From IMG/VR virus record IMGVR_UViG_3300010352_002076: a DNA stretch of 64,000 bases, one strand, 5' to 3'. Source of the stretch: an uncultured virus (IMG/VR IMGVR_UViG_3300010352_002076). Taxonomy: Duplodnaviria; Heunggongvirae; Uroviricota; Caudoviricetes. Under the pieces are notes generated by a model. That model had not been told where the DNA came from. It saw nothing but the letters and a program-made list of their open reading frames with translations, and searched no databases. A program made the translations under genes and the position numbers. Positions 45,856 through 55,165 of the stretch are shown in pieces (position 1 is the stretch's first letter; each line of letters starts with the position of its first letter).

Positions 45856-46369
45856 TGGCGAACCTCAGCAGGGTGATCGTGGTGTATGACTCTCCCTTGG
45901 TGCGGAGCTGGAAGTAGCCGCAGGAGAAGTGCGCCGGCTTGTCATCAACGATGACACCGGCTTCGATGAGACAGTCCGGGATTGGTTTCGCGCCGCCAAC
46001 CAGGTTGCCGTAATCCAGTTCTCGCCTCGGCGGCGCCCAACAACGGGTGATCTGCCACTCCGACCAGTTCAACCGGAGTCCGGCCACCGGCCGGAGGAGC
46101 AGGGCCAACGCCATGCTCCAGCCATCTTTTCCACGTTTGTAGACGGACCAATGACTGTACGTCGAGTTGTTCTGCGAACTGATGACCAAGGGGACCCGGA
46201 TCTCCCAGGGGAGCGCAGGGACCGCTGTAGTCGTTGTCTGGATTACTAGCGTGCCTGATTTCAACGGTCTCCGCGTCGAAGACCTTCCGCACGTCTTGAC
46301 GTGTCGGGTTATATCAACCAGCTCACCAGCTATCTGCTCTCCACACTTAGGGCACGTTGCCGTTGCCAT
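45827..46369 (-). CDS. RusA-like Holliday junction resolvase with N-terminal zinc finger
   Basis: S.N, RRELDYGNLVGGAKPIPDCL..AGVIVDD; N-terminal CPKC...H...C. Confidence 0.75.
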   Translation of the reverse strand: MATATCPKCGEQIAGELVDITRHVKTCGRSSTRRPLKSGTLVIQTTTTAVPALPWEIRVPLVISSQNNSTYSHWSVYKRGKDGWSMALALLLRPVAGLRLNWSEWQITRCWAPPRRELDYGNLVGGAKPIPDCLIEAGVIVDDKPAHFSCGYFQLRTKGESYTTITLLRFANERPADTIH

Positions 46370-46772
46370 GGATGACCTCTCTGCAAATCCTGTAGACCTC
46401 ATTGAGGTGCAGGATCGTGCTGATCAGGGGACGCCTACCAGCTTTGACGGGATCTCCGATCTCCTTGAGCTCGACGATGTCGAGATGGACCGGAGCCGTG
46501 GACGGTGGCGCCAACGTGGCGAAGCGGCCGTCGAACAGGGCGATGGCACCGAGGTGAATCCCGGAGAGCTGCACGAGGTGCACCAGGATCAGGGACCTCG
46601 CTTCAGCACCGAGCCCGGAGCGATCCAACAGCATCAACGCCACGGCGAAGGTGTGCTGGATGTCCGGGCTCTCAACGCGAGTCACCGCGATCTGGCCGAG
46701 GTAGAGCTGCGCTGTGACGATGTTGTCCTGGAGGCCAAACCTCCGCGCCACAGCCGCATGAAACACGACCAC
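46347..46772 (-). CDS. Hypothetical protein
   Basis: Tiling. Confidence 0.6.
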   Translation of the reverse strand: MVVFHAAVARRFGLQDNIVTAQLYLGQIAVTRVESPDIQHTFAVALMLLDRSGLGAEARSLILVHLVQLSGIHLGAIALFDGRFATLAPPSTAPVHLDIVELKEIGDPVKAGRRPLISTILHLNEVYRICREVIHGNGNVP

Positions 46773-46776
46773 GGGA

Positions 46777-47091
46777 TCAGATCGAGCGGGTCAGCTTGAT
46801 CTCGCGGATGTACGCGATGACCTTGCGCTTCCCATCCTTCTCTTCGACCATGGGGTAGATCCGGCCGACATCCATGCCGTAGTTCCCGATGCCCATCTCG
46901 GCCTTGGCGGCGTCGAACTCGGCACGGAAGATCGGCGAGCTCAGGTACGAGATGATGGCCGACGCCTGCTTTTCGTCGGGCACATCGATCCTGACCTTGA
47001 CGGAGCACTTCGTGCCAGCGGCACCCTTGAAGGGTTGCGTGTTGCTGGGGTCGTTGCCGGCGATGAGCTTGATGGGGAACTTGGTTTCCAC
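46777..47091 (-). CDS. Hypothetical protein
   Basis: GAGGA RBS; promoter upstream. Confidence 0.75.
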   Translation of the reverse strand: METKFPIKLIAGNDPSNTQPFKGAAGTKCSVKVRIDVPDEKQASAIISYLSSPIFRAEFDAAKAEMGIGNYGMDVGRIYPMVEEKDGKRKVIAYIREIKLTRSI

Positions 47092-47108
47092 GGATGATGT
47101 CCTCGTTG

Positions 47109-47149
47109 GGGTTGACGCGTTGTAAACCCTTTCGAGGCCGCGTCAACCC
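47109..47149 (-). promoter_or_regulatory. Promoter inside 11-bp inverted repeat, with TTTAC-N5-GTCAA site over the -10
   Basis: GGGTTGACGCG...CGCGTCAACCC; minus strand TTGACG-16-TACAAC. Confidence 0.65.
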
Positions 47150-47796
47150 ATGGCGCCGTGCATGGCTGCCACGGCCATGGCGAACCTGGCGGCGTAGCAG
47201 TCATCCAGCGCGGTGTGCCGGTTCCAGGTCTCCCCGGTGAGCTCCTGGTACTTGAAGCCGTCGCAGACAGCTCCCAGCTTCGCCATGCCCTTCTCGACCT
47301 TGATGCCGCGGCTCTTGTAGACGTCCTTGATGGCCTGCATGGAGCACAGCCAGTCCGGATGCAGCTTGATGGCGAACTGCGGGGCGTGGTGGTAGATCCA
47401 CGCCTTGTCGAAAGAAGCGTTGTAGGCTGAGCCGACGACGTCCTCGTCGGGACTCCAGCTCGCCCATGCCAGCAGCTTGGCGTTGACCTCGTGATGCTCG
47501 CACATCGGTCCGAGCACAGCGGCTTCCTCCTCGGGAGTCGGGACGTGACCATCGGGAAAGATGCCCCAGAGCTCCGGCTTGTAGCCGTTGACCCCGGCGG
47601 CACCGGGATCCACGGCGAGCCCAGGGGCCGGCCTGACGTAGGTATGGAAGTGATCCACGACCTCGAGGGTGTGGTCGACAAGCAAGGCGCCAACTTCGAG
47701 CAGCGGGTTCTTCTCCCGGCTGAAGCCACCGCTTTCGATGTCGATGATGCAGCACCGCTTGAAGCGACGGGACAGATCGACCTTGGGGAACGGCAT
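47143..47796 (-). CDS. DnaQ-like DEDDh 3'-5' exonuclease
   Basis: IDIESGG, AYNASFD, HTALDD. Confidence 0.9.
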   Translation of the reverse strand: MPFPKVDLSRRFKRCCIIDIESGGFSREKNPLLEVGALLVDHTLEVVDHFHTYVRPAPGLAVDPGAAGVNGYKPELWGIFPDGHVPTPEEEAAVLGPMCEHHEVNAKLLAWASWSPDEDVVGSAYNASFDKAWIYHHAPQFAIKLHPDWLCSMQAIKDVYKSRGIKVEKGMAKLGAVCDGFKYQELTGETWNRHTALDDCYAARFAMAVAAMHGAMG

Positions 47797-47797
47797 C

Positions 47798-48463
47798 TCA
47801 GGCCTCCTTTTCTTCGGGCTTCGCGTCTTCGGGCTCCATGGTCAGGAAAGTGTAGCCAGCGGGGAGCTCCCACTGCGAGCAGTCCAGACACTCCGGACCC
47901 CAGGCCGAGATGTTGGCGACGCCAGTCGCGGTGCTGACGCAGATACGACGTTCCACGATCGGGGACTGCAGCGTGGCCTTGGTGTACTTCGCGATGGTGG
48001 CGTAGTCCCGCGCCGTGCTGTCGAGGTGATCCCCGATGGTCTTCAGGGTGCGCCGATAGAGGTCCTGCTCGGAGAGGAGCTCCTTGGAGCCGGTCAGGAT
48101 CACGAAGGCGCGGCCATCTTTGACCCGGATGACCTCGTCGATGAGGGCGCCCTCGATGCGGGTACGCCACACCGGGATCAGGTCGGCGAGCACCCAGACC
48201 CGGGACTCCTGCAGGCTGGCAAACTTGCCCAGCATCTCCTGGTACGCCTTGTAGGTCTCCGTGGTGGCGTGGATCTTGAAGGCGTCACGGAGCTTGTTGA
48301 AGGCGTCGGCGTCCAGGATATCGACGAGATCCGGGAGGAAGAAATCGGAGTCCACGGGCTCCTGCACCAGCGCCGTGAGGAGCTCGCTGTTGAGCTCCGA
48401 AGTGAACACGGCGTGACCGGAACCGGTGAGCTTGAAGGAACCGTTGTACGAGATTTCAGCCAT
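47798..48463 (-). CDS. Hypothetical protein
   Basis: Tiling, codon bias. Confidence 0.75.
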   Translation of the reverse strand: MAEISYNGSFKLTGSGHAVFTSELNSELLTALVQEPVDSDFFLPDLVDILDADAFNKLRDAFKIHATTETYKAYQEMLGKFASLQESRVWVLADLIPVWRTRIEGALIDEVIRVKDGRAFVILTGSKELLSEQDLYRRTLKTIGDHLDSTARDYATIAKYTKATLQSPIVERRICVSTATGVANISAWGPECLDCSQWELPAGYTFLTMEPEDAKPEEKEA

Positions 48464-48489
48464 GGAGGAATGCTTTCGAGATGATGTGA

Positions 48490-48822
48490 TTAAATCGATT
48501 CGGAGCGACGGTAGTCGCTGTGGTGTCCGTCACTGGACACGAAATCGAGCCGATTCCCGGTCTCGACCTGGACATGATGACCCAGGATCAACTTGATCAG
48601 CTTCTCGACCCTGCACTGCGCCGCGAGGGCCTCGCGGCCCTCGGGGGTGTCCTCGTAAGCCACGACGTGCGTGGTCTGGGTCCTGGTGTTCTGCAGGACC
48701 GCGAAGAGCTTGGGGCGCGCCGTGAAAGCGCTGTCTGCGGGACCCACTGGCGCGGGCCCGTAGGTGAACGCCTTGGGCAGCGCCGACAGCCTGAGATGTC
48801 CGAAGCCGAAGAACTTACGCAC
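48490..48822 (-). CDS. Hypothetical protein
   Basis: Tiling. Confidence 0.6.
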   Translation of the reverse strand: MRKFFGFGHLRLSALPKAFTYGPAPVGPADSAFTARPKLFAVLQNTRTQTTHVVAYEDTPEGREALAAQCRVEKLIKLILGHHVQVETGNRLDFVSSDGHHSDYRRSESI

Positions 48823-49558
48823 CGGAGAGATCCCGAACCGAGAACACGGGCCGGCGGAGCAGGAGCCCCGGCGCCGCCGCGAGGTGCATGCCGCGCCCCG
48901 TGGTCGTGTTGATGGGCAGCGCGAAGGTGACGTCCACGGCGCGGGTCAGAGTGCCGGCCGGTATCGCGGGGTCCGCGATCCGGAAGTTGATCCAGTCCAC
49001 GAGCCAGAGCTGCTCACCCGGGGCCTGGATCTCAGCCGACGCAGTTCCGCCTGGCAGCGCCTTGAACCGGTACGACGCCACGAACGCCTTGAAGGGCTCC
49101 GCGTGCTCCAAGGGGATACCCTGGATCAGCCAAGCCCAGGAGTTCCCGGCGAAGTTGGCACCCTTGACATCCACGATGTGCTCACGGCGGGCCCGGTGGG
49201 TCCTGACTGGAATCGTCCTTCCCGACGCAGCCTGGTAGACCTCGATCAGGGAGCGATCGAGCCCCGGGATCAAGGCGTAGGCGAAGCCCAAGAAGAACCA
49301 GGAAAAGTCCTGGCTCAACGAAGTGGCGTCGGTGACTTCCTCGTGGCGCTTCTCAGCATCGATCTGGGTGTGCTTCACGGGGACCCCTTCTGGGGTCTCC
49401 ATGACGCGGTCCATGTGTGCAGCTGCTGCCGCGGACTCCATGGGGCCCGCCGGTGCCACATCCTGGATCTCGTTGGCGTCCTTGATGGTGACCGGGACCC
49501 CTTGGGCCTCGATGCGCTGTTTCAGATCCGCCAGGGGCGGTGCAGGGATCCCAGACAT
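48815..49558 (-). CDS. Hypothetical protein
   Basis: AAGGAGG RBS. Confidence 0.75.
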   Translation of the reverse strand: MSGIPAPPLADLKQRIEAQGVPVTIKDANEIQDVAPAGPMESAAAAAHMDRVMETPEGVPVKHTQIDAEKRHEEVTDATSLSQDFSWFFLGFAYALIPGLDRSLIEVYQAASGRTIPVRTHRARREHIVDVKGANFAGNSWAWLIQGIPLEHAEPFKAFVASYRFKALPGGTASAEIQAPGEQLWLVDWINFRIADPAIPAGTLTRAVDVTFALPINTTTGRGMHLAAAPGLLLRRPVFSVRDLSGA

Positions 49559-50319
49559 TCATCCTCCTTGTGGTGGCACTGATCGCATTCCCAGTCGTGC
49601 CCCCAGGGGCACTCAGGCTTGTCGACTCCAGTGTTGGGGTTGAAACGGGTACGAAAAGAGATGACTTCCCGGTTCATCTTGAGGAAGGCCGGGGTCACGA
49701 ACCAGGCCGTGAAGTTCAGAACGTCAGCCCTCTGGTCTGGGACCAAGTAGCCCCAGAACCTGGTGCCGATGAGGGTCCAGGGGAGCTCTTCGTAGCGCCG
49801 TCTCCTGGAGAACCCGACCTGGTAGGCCAGGAAGTTCAGCCACGCCGAGGGGACCTTCTTCTCGAGACGGTGACCCGCGGGGTGCCCGCTGAACGCGAAG
49901 AGCTTGAGGATATGACCAGCGTCGGTGCCACGCCACAGGGCCTCCTGAAGATCCGTGAGCTCCAGGGCGACCCATTCCTCCTTGATCGGCTTCGTGAACA
50001 GCGCCAGGGGCCCCTGCTGCAACTCGCGGCGACGGGCCACGAGCTGCAGCGCGAGCTTCCTGATGAAGACGTCGTCGAGCCTGGCCCCGCAGTACTGATG
50101 CAGTGTCTCGAACATGAAGTCGAAACTGATGGCGTCGTCGAAGTACGTGTTCGCCCGGGCCGCAATGGCCCGGGCAACATCGAGGTCGATGGTGAGCCCC
50201 CAGTACCGCGTCAACGTGGTCTGGAGGGCGGTGACATCCTCCAGGAGTCGATCCACATTGAGAGCGCCCGGAGGATCGACCTCCTCGCCTGTCGAAAGCG
50301 TGATGGGGCCAGCTGGCAT
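49522..50319 (-). CDS. Hypothetical protein with C-terminal Cys cluster
   Basis: Start MPAGPI; CP.G..WECDQC...C. Confidence 0.75.
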   Translation of the reverse strand: MPAGPITLSTGEEVDPPGALNVDRLLEDVTALQTTLTRYWGLTIDLDVARAIAARANTYFDDAISFDFMFETLHQYCGARLDDVFIRKLALQLVARRRELQQGPLALFTKPIKEEWVALELTDLQEALWRGTDAGHILKLFAFSGHPAGHRLEKKVPSAWLNFLAYQVGFSRRRRYEELPWTLIGTRFWGYLVPDQRADVLNFTAWFVTPAFLKMNREVISFRTRFNPNTGVDKPECPWGHDWECDQCHHKEDECLGSLHRPWRI

Positions 50320-50320
50320 A

Positions 50321-51361
50321 TCAGCGCCGCTTCTTGCCCTTCTTGAACTTCTTGTCGGGCTGCGCGGAATCCCGGAAACTCTCGGAGCCGCCATCGCGCT
50401 TCTCCGCCACCAGGGTCTCCAGGAGCCCGTCGATGTACTGCTGGGCGCCCTTCAAGGCGTCGATGCAGGTATCGCGGGCCTGGCACCAGTTCTCCGCGGC
50501 CTTGGGGCTGTCGAAGCCGATCTTCACGACTTCGCGGCAGCTCTTCGTGACCCCGGGGACCAAGGTGACGAACTGGTCGCAGACCTTCGCCATAGCCTTC
50601 ACCGCGGTCAGCGGCGGCGCCGAGTAGTCCTTGGCGCCCGCAGTGGCCCCCGCCGGAGCCTTGCCGCCCTCGCCGGCCTTGAGCGCCGGGTTCCCGTCGG
50701 CGCCCGGGGCAGCCTTGCCGTCGGCGCCGGTGTAGCCGTTCTCCTGCGAGGGGTCCGTGCCGCCCTCGTTGAACTGGTCGTCACCGGCGGGCCCCTTGGA
50801 GGCATCGGCCTGGACCTTCGCCGCGGGATCCGTGGCTTCGTTGGCGTCGGCGCGCTTGACCTCCATCTGGGCGTCCCGGATCTTGAGCTCCAGGATGTTC
50901 AGCGGGATCACGGTGTTCGAGGTCGTGTCCACCATCTCGCACTGGATCTTCTCGCGGAGCTCGTCGCTCAGCGGGAGCAGCGCCTTGACGTGGCTCGTCG
51001 TGTAGCCGCGGTTCGCGAGGAGCTCGATGTCGGCTTCCTTCATGATCGTGTAGATCTTGCGGCAGTGGTACAGGGAGCTCCGGGCACAGTCGACGCCCTT
51101 GCTCTGGAGATCTTCGATGAGCTTGTCCAGGGTCTTGGCGCCGTACTTCTTGGCGCCGTTCTCCTCCTGCTCCTTCATGAACTCGTCGACGTAGGCGCCC
51201 ATGCGGTGCATGACCTGGATGGCCCGGGCCTGGCCGGCCCGGTGCAACGCCAGGAAGCGGTCCACGAGGGCGAGGTAGTTCTGATCCTCGGTCATGGTGA
51301 CGTTGGTGTCGACGCGGGTCGACTTGATCAGGACGTTGTTGTTCGGCTTGGGGTCAGCCAT
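50321..51361 (-). CDS. Protein with DUF1016 (YhcG) N-terminal-like helical domain
   Basis: KYGAKTLDKLIEDL..KG...SSLYHCRKIY...TSHVKALLPL. Confidence 0.5.
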   Translation of the reverse strand: MADPKPNNNVLIKSTRVDTNVTMTEDQNYLALVDRFLALHRAGQARAIQVMHRMGAYVDEFMKEQEENGAKKYGAKTLDKLIEDLQSKGVDCARSSLYHCRKIYTIMKEADIELLANRGYTTSHVKALLPLSDELREKIQCEMVDTTSNTVIPLNILELKIRDAQMEVKRADANEATDPAAKVQADASKGPAGDDQFNEGGTDPSQENGYTGADGKAAPGADGNPALKAGEGGKAPAGATAGAKDYSAPPLTAVKAMAKVCDQFVTLVPGVTKSCREVVKIGFDSPKAAENWCQARDTCIDALKGAQQYIDGLLETLVAEKRDGGSESFRDSAQPDKKFKKGKKRR

Positions 51362-51806
51362 GAGATGGGTTCCATTGTGTGAAGAGATCGCCCAGCGGGG
51401 CGATCCAGAGTGGTTCGTCTCGGATCACGACGCGAAGCGCCGTGACGTCCTTGAAGTCGTGGTTGGTGGCGAACATGCGCCCCCACTCATAGACCTGAAA
51501 GACCATGATGAAGTCGTCGTATCCCTCGGGAAGCTCCTTCCGGAACTCCCCGACAGACGCGACAACGGGGTGCTTCGTTGGCCGAAACAGGAGATCGGCA
51601 ATGTTGAACCGAAAGATCCGAGTGGACCCGACCCAGAAGCCCGGCACCGGGAAGTGCTCGTTGAACCAGTACCAGTCCGCGCCTTCACTGACGTCCCCGG
51701 GCCGCTGCCCGAGCTGACGTGCAATGAGGCGCATCGTGGCACGGGCGAAGTCGTCCTGCTTCTGATCAGCAGACTTCGGGGAGAAGAGATCAGGAACCTC
51801 GCTCAT
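51354..51806 (-). CDS. Hypothetical protein
   Basis: ATGA coupling. Confidence 0.7.
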   Translation of the reverse strand: MSEVPDLFSPKSADQKQDDFARATMRLIARQLGQRPGDVSEGADWYWFNEHFPVPGFWVGSTRIFRFNIADLLFRPTKHPVVASVGEFRKELPEGYDDFIMVFQVYEWGRMFATNHDFKDVTALRVVIRDEPLWIAPLGDLFTQWNPSHG

Positions 51807-51940
51807 GGGCCGTTCTCGTCGGCCTCCTCAGCCAACCGCTCCGGATCGTTAGCAGCTTCGATCTGACGCTCGATCTCCGCGTCCTCGATCTGTTCATCGG
51901 TGGGACCGTTCTCGTCGGCCTCCATATAGGACGGGTTCAT
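51803..51940 (-). CDS. 45-aa highly acidic peptide
   Basis: MNPSYMEADENGPTDEQIEDAEIERQIEAANDPERLAEEADENGP; ATGA coupled at both ends. Confidence 0.6.
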   Translation of the reverse strand: MNPSYMEADENGPTDEQIEDAEIERQIEAANDPERLAEEADENGP

Positions 51941-53463
51941 TTCTTCTTGTCCTCTTTGGAGAGGTGCTGCGGCAGCGTCCAGTCGATCTCGGCCTCCTGG
52001 AACGACGGGTACGTCGAGATGTTCAGGAAACGGCAGACCCGCTGTGCCACCGCGGGGGTCTCCTCGATGCGGTTCCCCCACGTCGTGAAGCTCATGTAGG
52101 GCTTCTCCTTCTTGTCCACGGGATCGCCGTCACGGGCGAGCTCGGGGCAGTACACCGTGTTCGTCTTGGGGCCCTCGGTGAACTCGATGGCCTTCTCGAG
52201 GCGATCGATATCGTAGGCGAACGCCTTGTTGTCGCCGTACTTCTTCCGGAACAGCAGGTTCGCCAGGGCGCCACCCCAGTCATAGACGATGATCTGGCGG
52301 CTGTCCCCGTTGGGCATCTCGACGAACTGCCACATGACATCCACGGATGCGTTCCGGTTGATGTCGGGTCCGAGGCAGCTGAACTTGCACTCCATACGCA
52401 CCGGGTAGCCCTCGACCGGGGGACCATCCACGGGGGCCGCGGGGTGCGAGGCCATCGTGAACTTGCCGCCCTTGCTGAGACGGAGGCTCACGGACGCCTT
52501 GAAGTTCGCCAGGGATCCCCCGGCTTCCTTGTGCTTGTCGTCGAACTTGGACGCAAAGCTGCCGTCGCTGATCGCGGTGGTGAGGTGACGGACGATGCCC
52601 ATGGAGAGGCAGGTCCCGCCGAACTGCAGGGCGCGCAGGAACGACCCGATCTTGTTGGCACGAGCGGCGCCCTCGTAGCCACGATCCTTGGCGTGTCCCT
52701 CCTTCTCCATCGCTGCCATGGCCTCGTCGGTCTCGGAACCTGTGATGCTGTCGACGACCCCGAAGATCGGGACGCGGTGCCCGGGCTCCTGGGTGATCGG
52801 GTGGGCCACCACGATGTTCCGGGCACCCTTGACGAGATCCGTGACCTCGTCCTGCCACTCATCGACGCTCTCCGTCTTCTTGTAGACGGTGCGCTGCGAC
52901 GCGGACCGGACCATGGGATCCGTGGACGCCTTGATCAGGACCTGGCGGTCCTTGTGATCCATGTCCAGGGGCCAGCCGCCTTCGCCTCTGGGAACCGATT
53001 CAGGGTAGTGACAGAAGCTGCCTTCGGAGTCCGTCAGGGGGTAGCTGGTACCGTCGGGGTGAACGTACATGGTCCCCGGGGCCAGGAACTTCCACCACGT
53101 CATGGCGTCGAACATCGACGCCGAGCTCTTGGACTCGTTGTCGATGTACTTGAAGTAGCCACCGGCCGCGGCGAACAGGGTGCCGAGCTCGATCTGGAGC
53201 GTGGACTTCATGGACTTCGGCTCGCCACTGACCGCGATCATGCGGCGCAGCGGGAACACGTCGGCACCACCGAGGGCGTGCATGAACACGATGTGCCGGA
53301 GCCGGAGGCCCCAGCTGTGTTTGGCGTGGTCGCCGAGGAGGTAGCCGTTCTGGGTCGCGGCGCCCTCTCGGGTCGCCCCCAGCAAGGTGTTGGCGAAGCT
53401 GGTCAACGCAGCGGCGTGCTGCACTTCAGGGGATTCTTTGGATGAGTTCTTCGACTTGGCCAT
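51937..53463 (-). CDS. RecA/UvsX-like recombinase
   Basis: SGEPKSMKST P-loop, YIDNES, VVDSIT, AARANKI, GGSLANFKASVSLRL. Confidence 0.85.
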   Translation of the reverse strand: MAKSKNSSKESPEVQHAAALTSFANTLLGATREGAATQNGYLLGDHAKHSWGLRLRHIVFMHALGGADVFPLRRMIAVSGEPKSMKSTLQIELGTLFAAAGGYFKYIDNESKSSASMFDAMTWWKFLAPGTMYVHPDGTSYPLTDSEGSFCHYPESVPRGEGGWPLDMDHKDRQVLIKASTDPMVRSASQRTVYKKTESVDEWQDEVTDLVKGARNIVVAHPITQEPGHRVPIFGVVDSITGSETDEAMAAMEKEGHAKDRGYEGAARANKIGSFLRALQFGGTCLSMGIVRHLTTAISDGSFASKFDDKHKEAGGSLANFKASVSLRLSKGGKFTMASHPAAPVDGPPVEGYPVRMECKFSCLGPDINRNASVDVMWQFVEMPNGDSRQIIVYDWGGALANLLFRKKYGDNKAFAYDIDRLEKAIEFTEGPKTNTVYCPELARDGDPVDKKEKPYMSFTTWGNRIEETPAVAQRVCRFLNISTYPSFQEAEIDWTLPQHLSKEDKKK

Positions 53464-53484
53464 CTCATTCTCCTATGGGAGACG

Positions 53485-53517
53485 GAGTCGCCGGGAGCGG
53501 AGTGCCCCCGGCGACTC
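53485..53517. terminator. Intergenic hairpin
   Basis: 11-bp stem GAGTCGCCGGG/CCCGGCGACTC; weak U-tract. Confidence 0.5.
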
Positions 53518-53544
53518 TATCTCAGCTTCATCTATGGTCTGATC

Positions 53545-55113
53545 TCAGCGCTGCGGCGGGGCCCCGAAGGCACCCTGCTGGGGCTGCTGGGGCTGGCCCT
53601 GGACCGGCGGGGTCCCCGGGGCCGGCGTGCCCATGGCCGCGGCGAACGCAGCCTGGAGGTCAGCCGCGTTCTGGACCGCCACCACCGGAACACCCTGGGG
53701 CTGCTGCGGGGTCATGGGCGGCTGGCCGAAGGCGCCCGCCACGGGCTGCTGCGGCGCCTGCTGCCCGAACGCGGGCTGCTGGGGCGCCTGGGGCTGCTGG
53801 ACGGCCTGCTGCAGCGGCGGGGCCCCGAAGGCACCCTGCTGGGGCTGCTGGGGCTGCTGGCCGAAGGCCGGCTGCTGCGGCTGGCCCTGGGCCGGCGGGA
53901 ACGTCGGCTGGCTCATCTGCGCCGGCTGCTGACCGAACGCCTGCTGCGGGGTCACCAGGGGCTGCTGCGGGGCCTGGAAGCCCTGCTGGGGCACCTGGAC
54001 GGGCTGCTGGGGCACCTGGCCGAACGAGGGCTGCTGCTGCGGGGCCTGGAAGCCCTGCTGGGGCACCGGCTGCCCGAACGCGGGCTGCTGGGGCTGCTGC
54101 TGGAACCCGGGCTGCTGGGCCATGGGCGCCGGGGCCCCGTACTCGTTCGGGAACGCGAACTGGCAGATCGAGGGGCCGAAGCAGCCCAGCTGCTTCTTGA
54201 AGAGCTCCTGCAGGGTGTACCGGCGGATCATCTTGTTCCAGTCCACGAACGCGTTGGCGCCCTGCCAGAACGACGGGGGCAGCGGGGACGCCGTGGCCGC
54301 TGAGAACTCGCTGTACTGCACCGGGGGACGACCGGCGGGGGCCGGCGGCGGGGTGTGGCCCCGGAACGTCAGGGGGATGCCGCTCATGGTGCACGGCAGC
54401 GCGAAGGCGACGGCGAGCTCCTGGCCCGGGAACGTCTTCGGCGGGAAGCCGGAGATCATGAAGCACACGCCCGCGTTGGGATCGTAGGCGTCGATCCCGG
54501 CGGTGAACAGCTCGGTCAGGAGCTGCTTCATGCCCTGAGCCGCCGAGGACTTCAGCATGATGACGCCGCGGCGCGGCACGGGCTGCTTGGTCGTGGGATC
54601 CACGCAGAGCACTCCGTTGTCCTTCAGGATCCAGGCCTGCACCAGGACGAACTGGCTGACATCCAGGGGAGCGGGGCGGTTGGGGCCGCGGGTCAGCATC
54701 TGAGTCACCGAGGACTGCAGCTCGATCGGGACCTGGTTCTTCTTGAGACGACCCTTGAGCCGGATGTAGAGGCCCTTGAAGGGCAGGTCGGGCTCCGGGA
54801 TCCCGTAGTCCGGGGCACCCGAGGTGTCACCGGGACGGGCCGGGAAAATGGAGCCCGTGAACTTGCCGATGACCCCGTTGCCGACCGCGGCGCTCTCCAG
54901 CGTCATGCTGGAGAAGTCGTGGCCCGTGGCATCGAAGGTCCGGCACATCGGCACGGGCTGGCCCTGGGCGTTGATCTCCGGGATGACGCGGAAGATGGTC
55001 TCGCCTTCGGTCTTCGGCACGCACAGCAGCATGCTCTTCGCGACGCCATCGGTGAAGATGGCGGCGTTGAAATCGGACTTCTGTCCGGGGACGTTGGTCG
55101 GGATGATAGCCAT
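53545..55113 (-). CDS. Putative ssDNA-binding protein with about 200-aa Q/P/FG low-complexity tail
   Basis: Position between DNA polymerase and RecA; N-terminal TIFRVIP; repeats QQPAFGQ, QQGFQAPQQ, GAFGAPP. SSB function is inferred from synteny. Confidence 0.55.
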   Translation of the reverse strand: MAIIPTNVPGQKSDFNAAIFTDGVAKSMLLCVPKTEGETIFRVIPEINAQGQPVPMCRTFDATGHDFSSMTLESAAVGNGVIGKFTGSIFPARPGDTSGAPDYGIPEPDLPFKGLYIRLKGRLKKNQVPIELQSSVTQMLTRGPNRPAPLDVSQFVLVQAWILKDNGVLCVDPTTKQPVPRRGVIMLKSSAAQGMKQLLTELFTAGIDAYDPNAGVCFMISGFPPKTFPGQELAVAFALPCTMSGIPLTFRGHTPPPAPAGRPPVQYSEFSAATASPLPPSFWQGANAFVDWNKMIRRYTLQELFKKQLGCFGPSICQFAFPNEYGAPAPMAQQPGFQQQPQQPAFGQPVPQQGFQAPQQQPSFGQVPQQPVQVPQQGFQAPQQPLVTPQQAFGQQPAQMSQPTFPPAQGQPQQPAFGQQPQQPQQGAFGAPPLQQAVQQPQAPQQPAFGQQAPQQPVAGAFGQPPMTPQQPQGVPVVAVQNAADLQAAFAAAMGTPAPGTPPVQGQPQQPQQGAFGAPPQR

Positions 55114-55165
55114 GGTTCTGGGTTCCTCTAAGGGCCGCTGGGTTTGTCCCAGCAGCTTAGTGTGG

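Noticed and set aside
53545..54150. CTG/CAG-rich repeats as a non-coding tandem repeat
   Set aside because: In-frame Gln/Pro codons of the 53545-55113 protein
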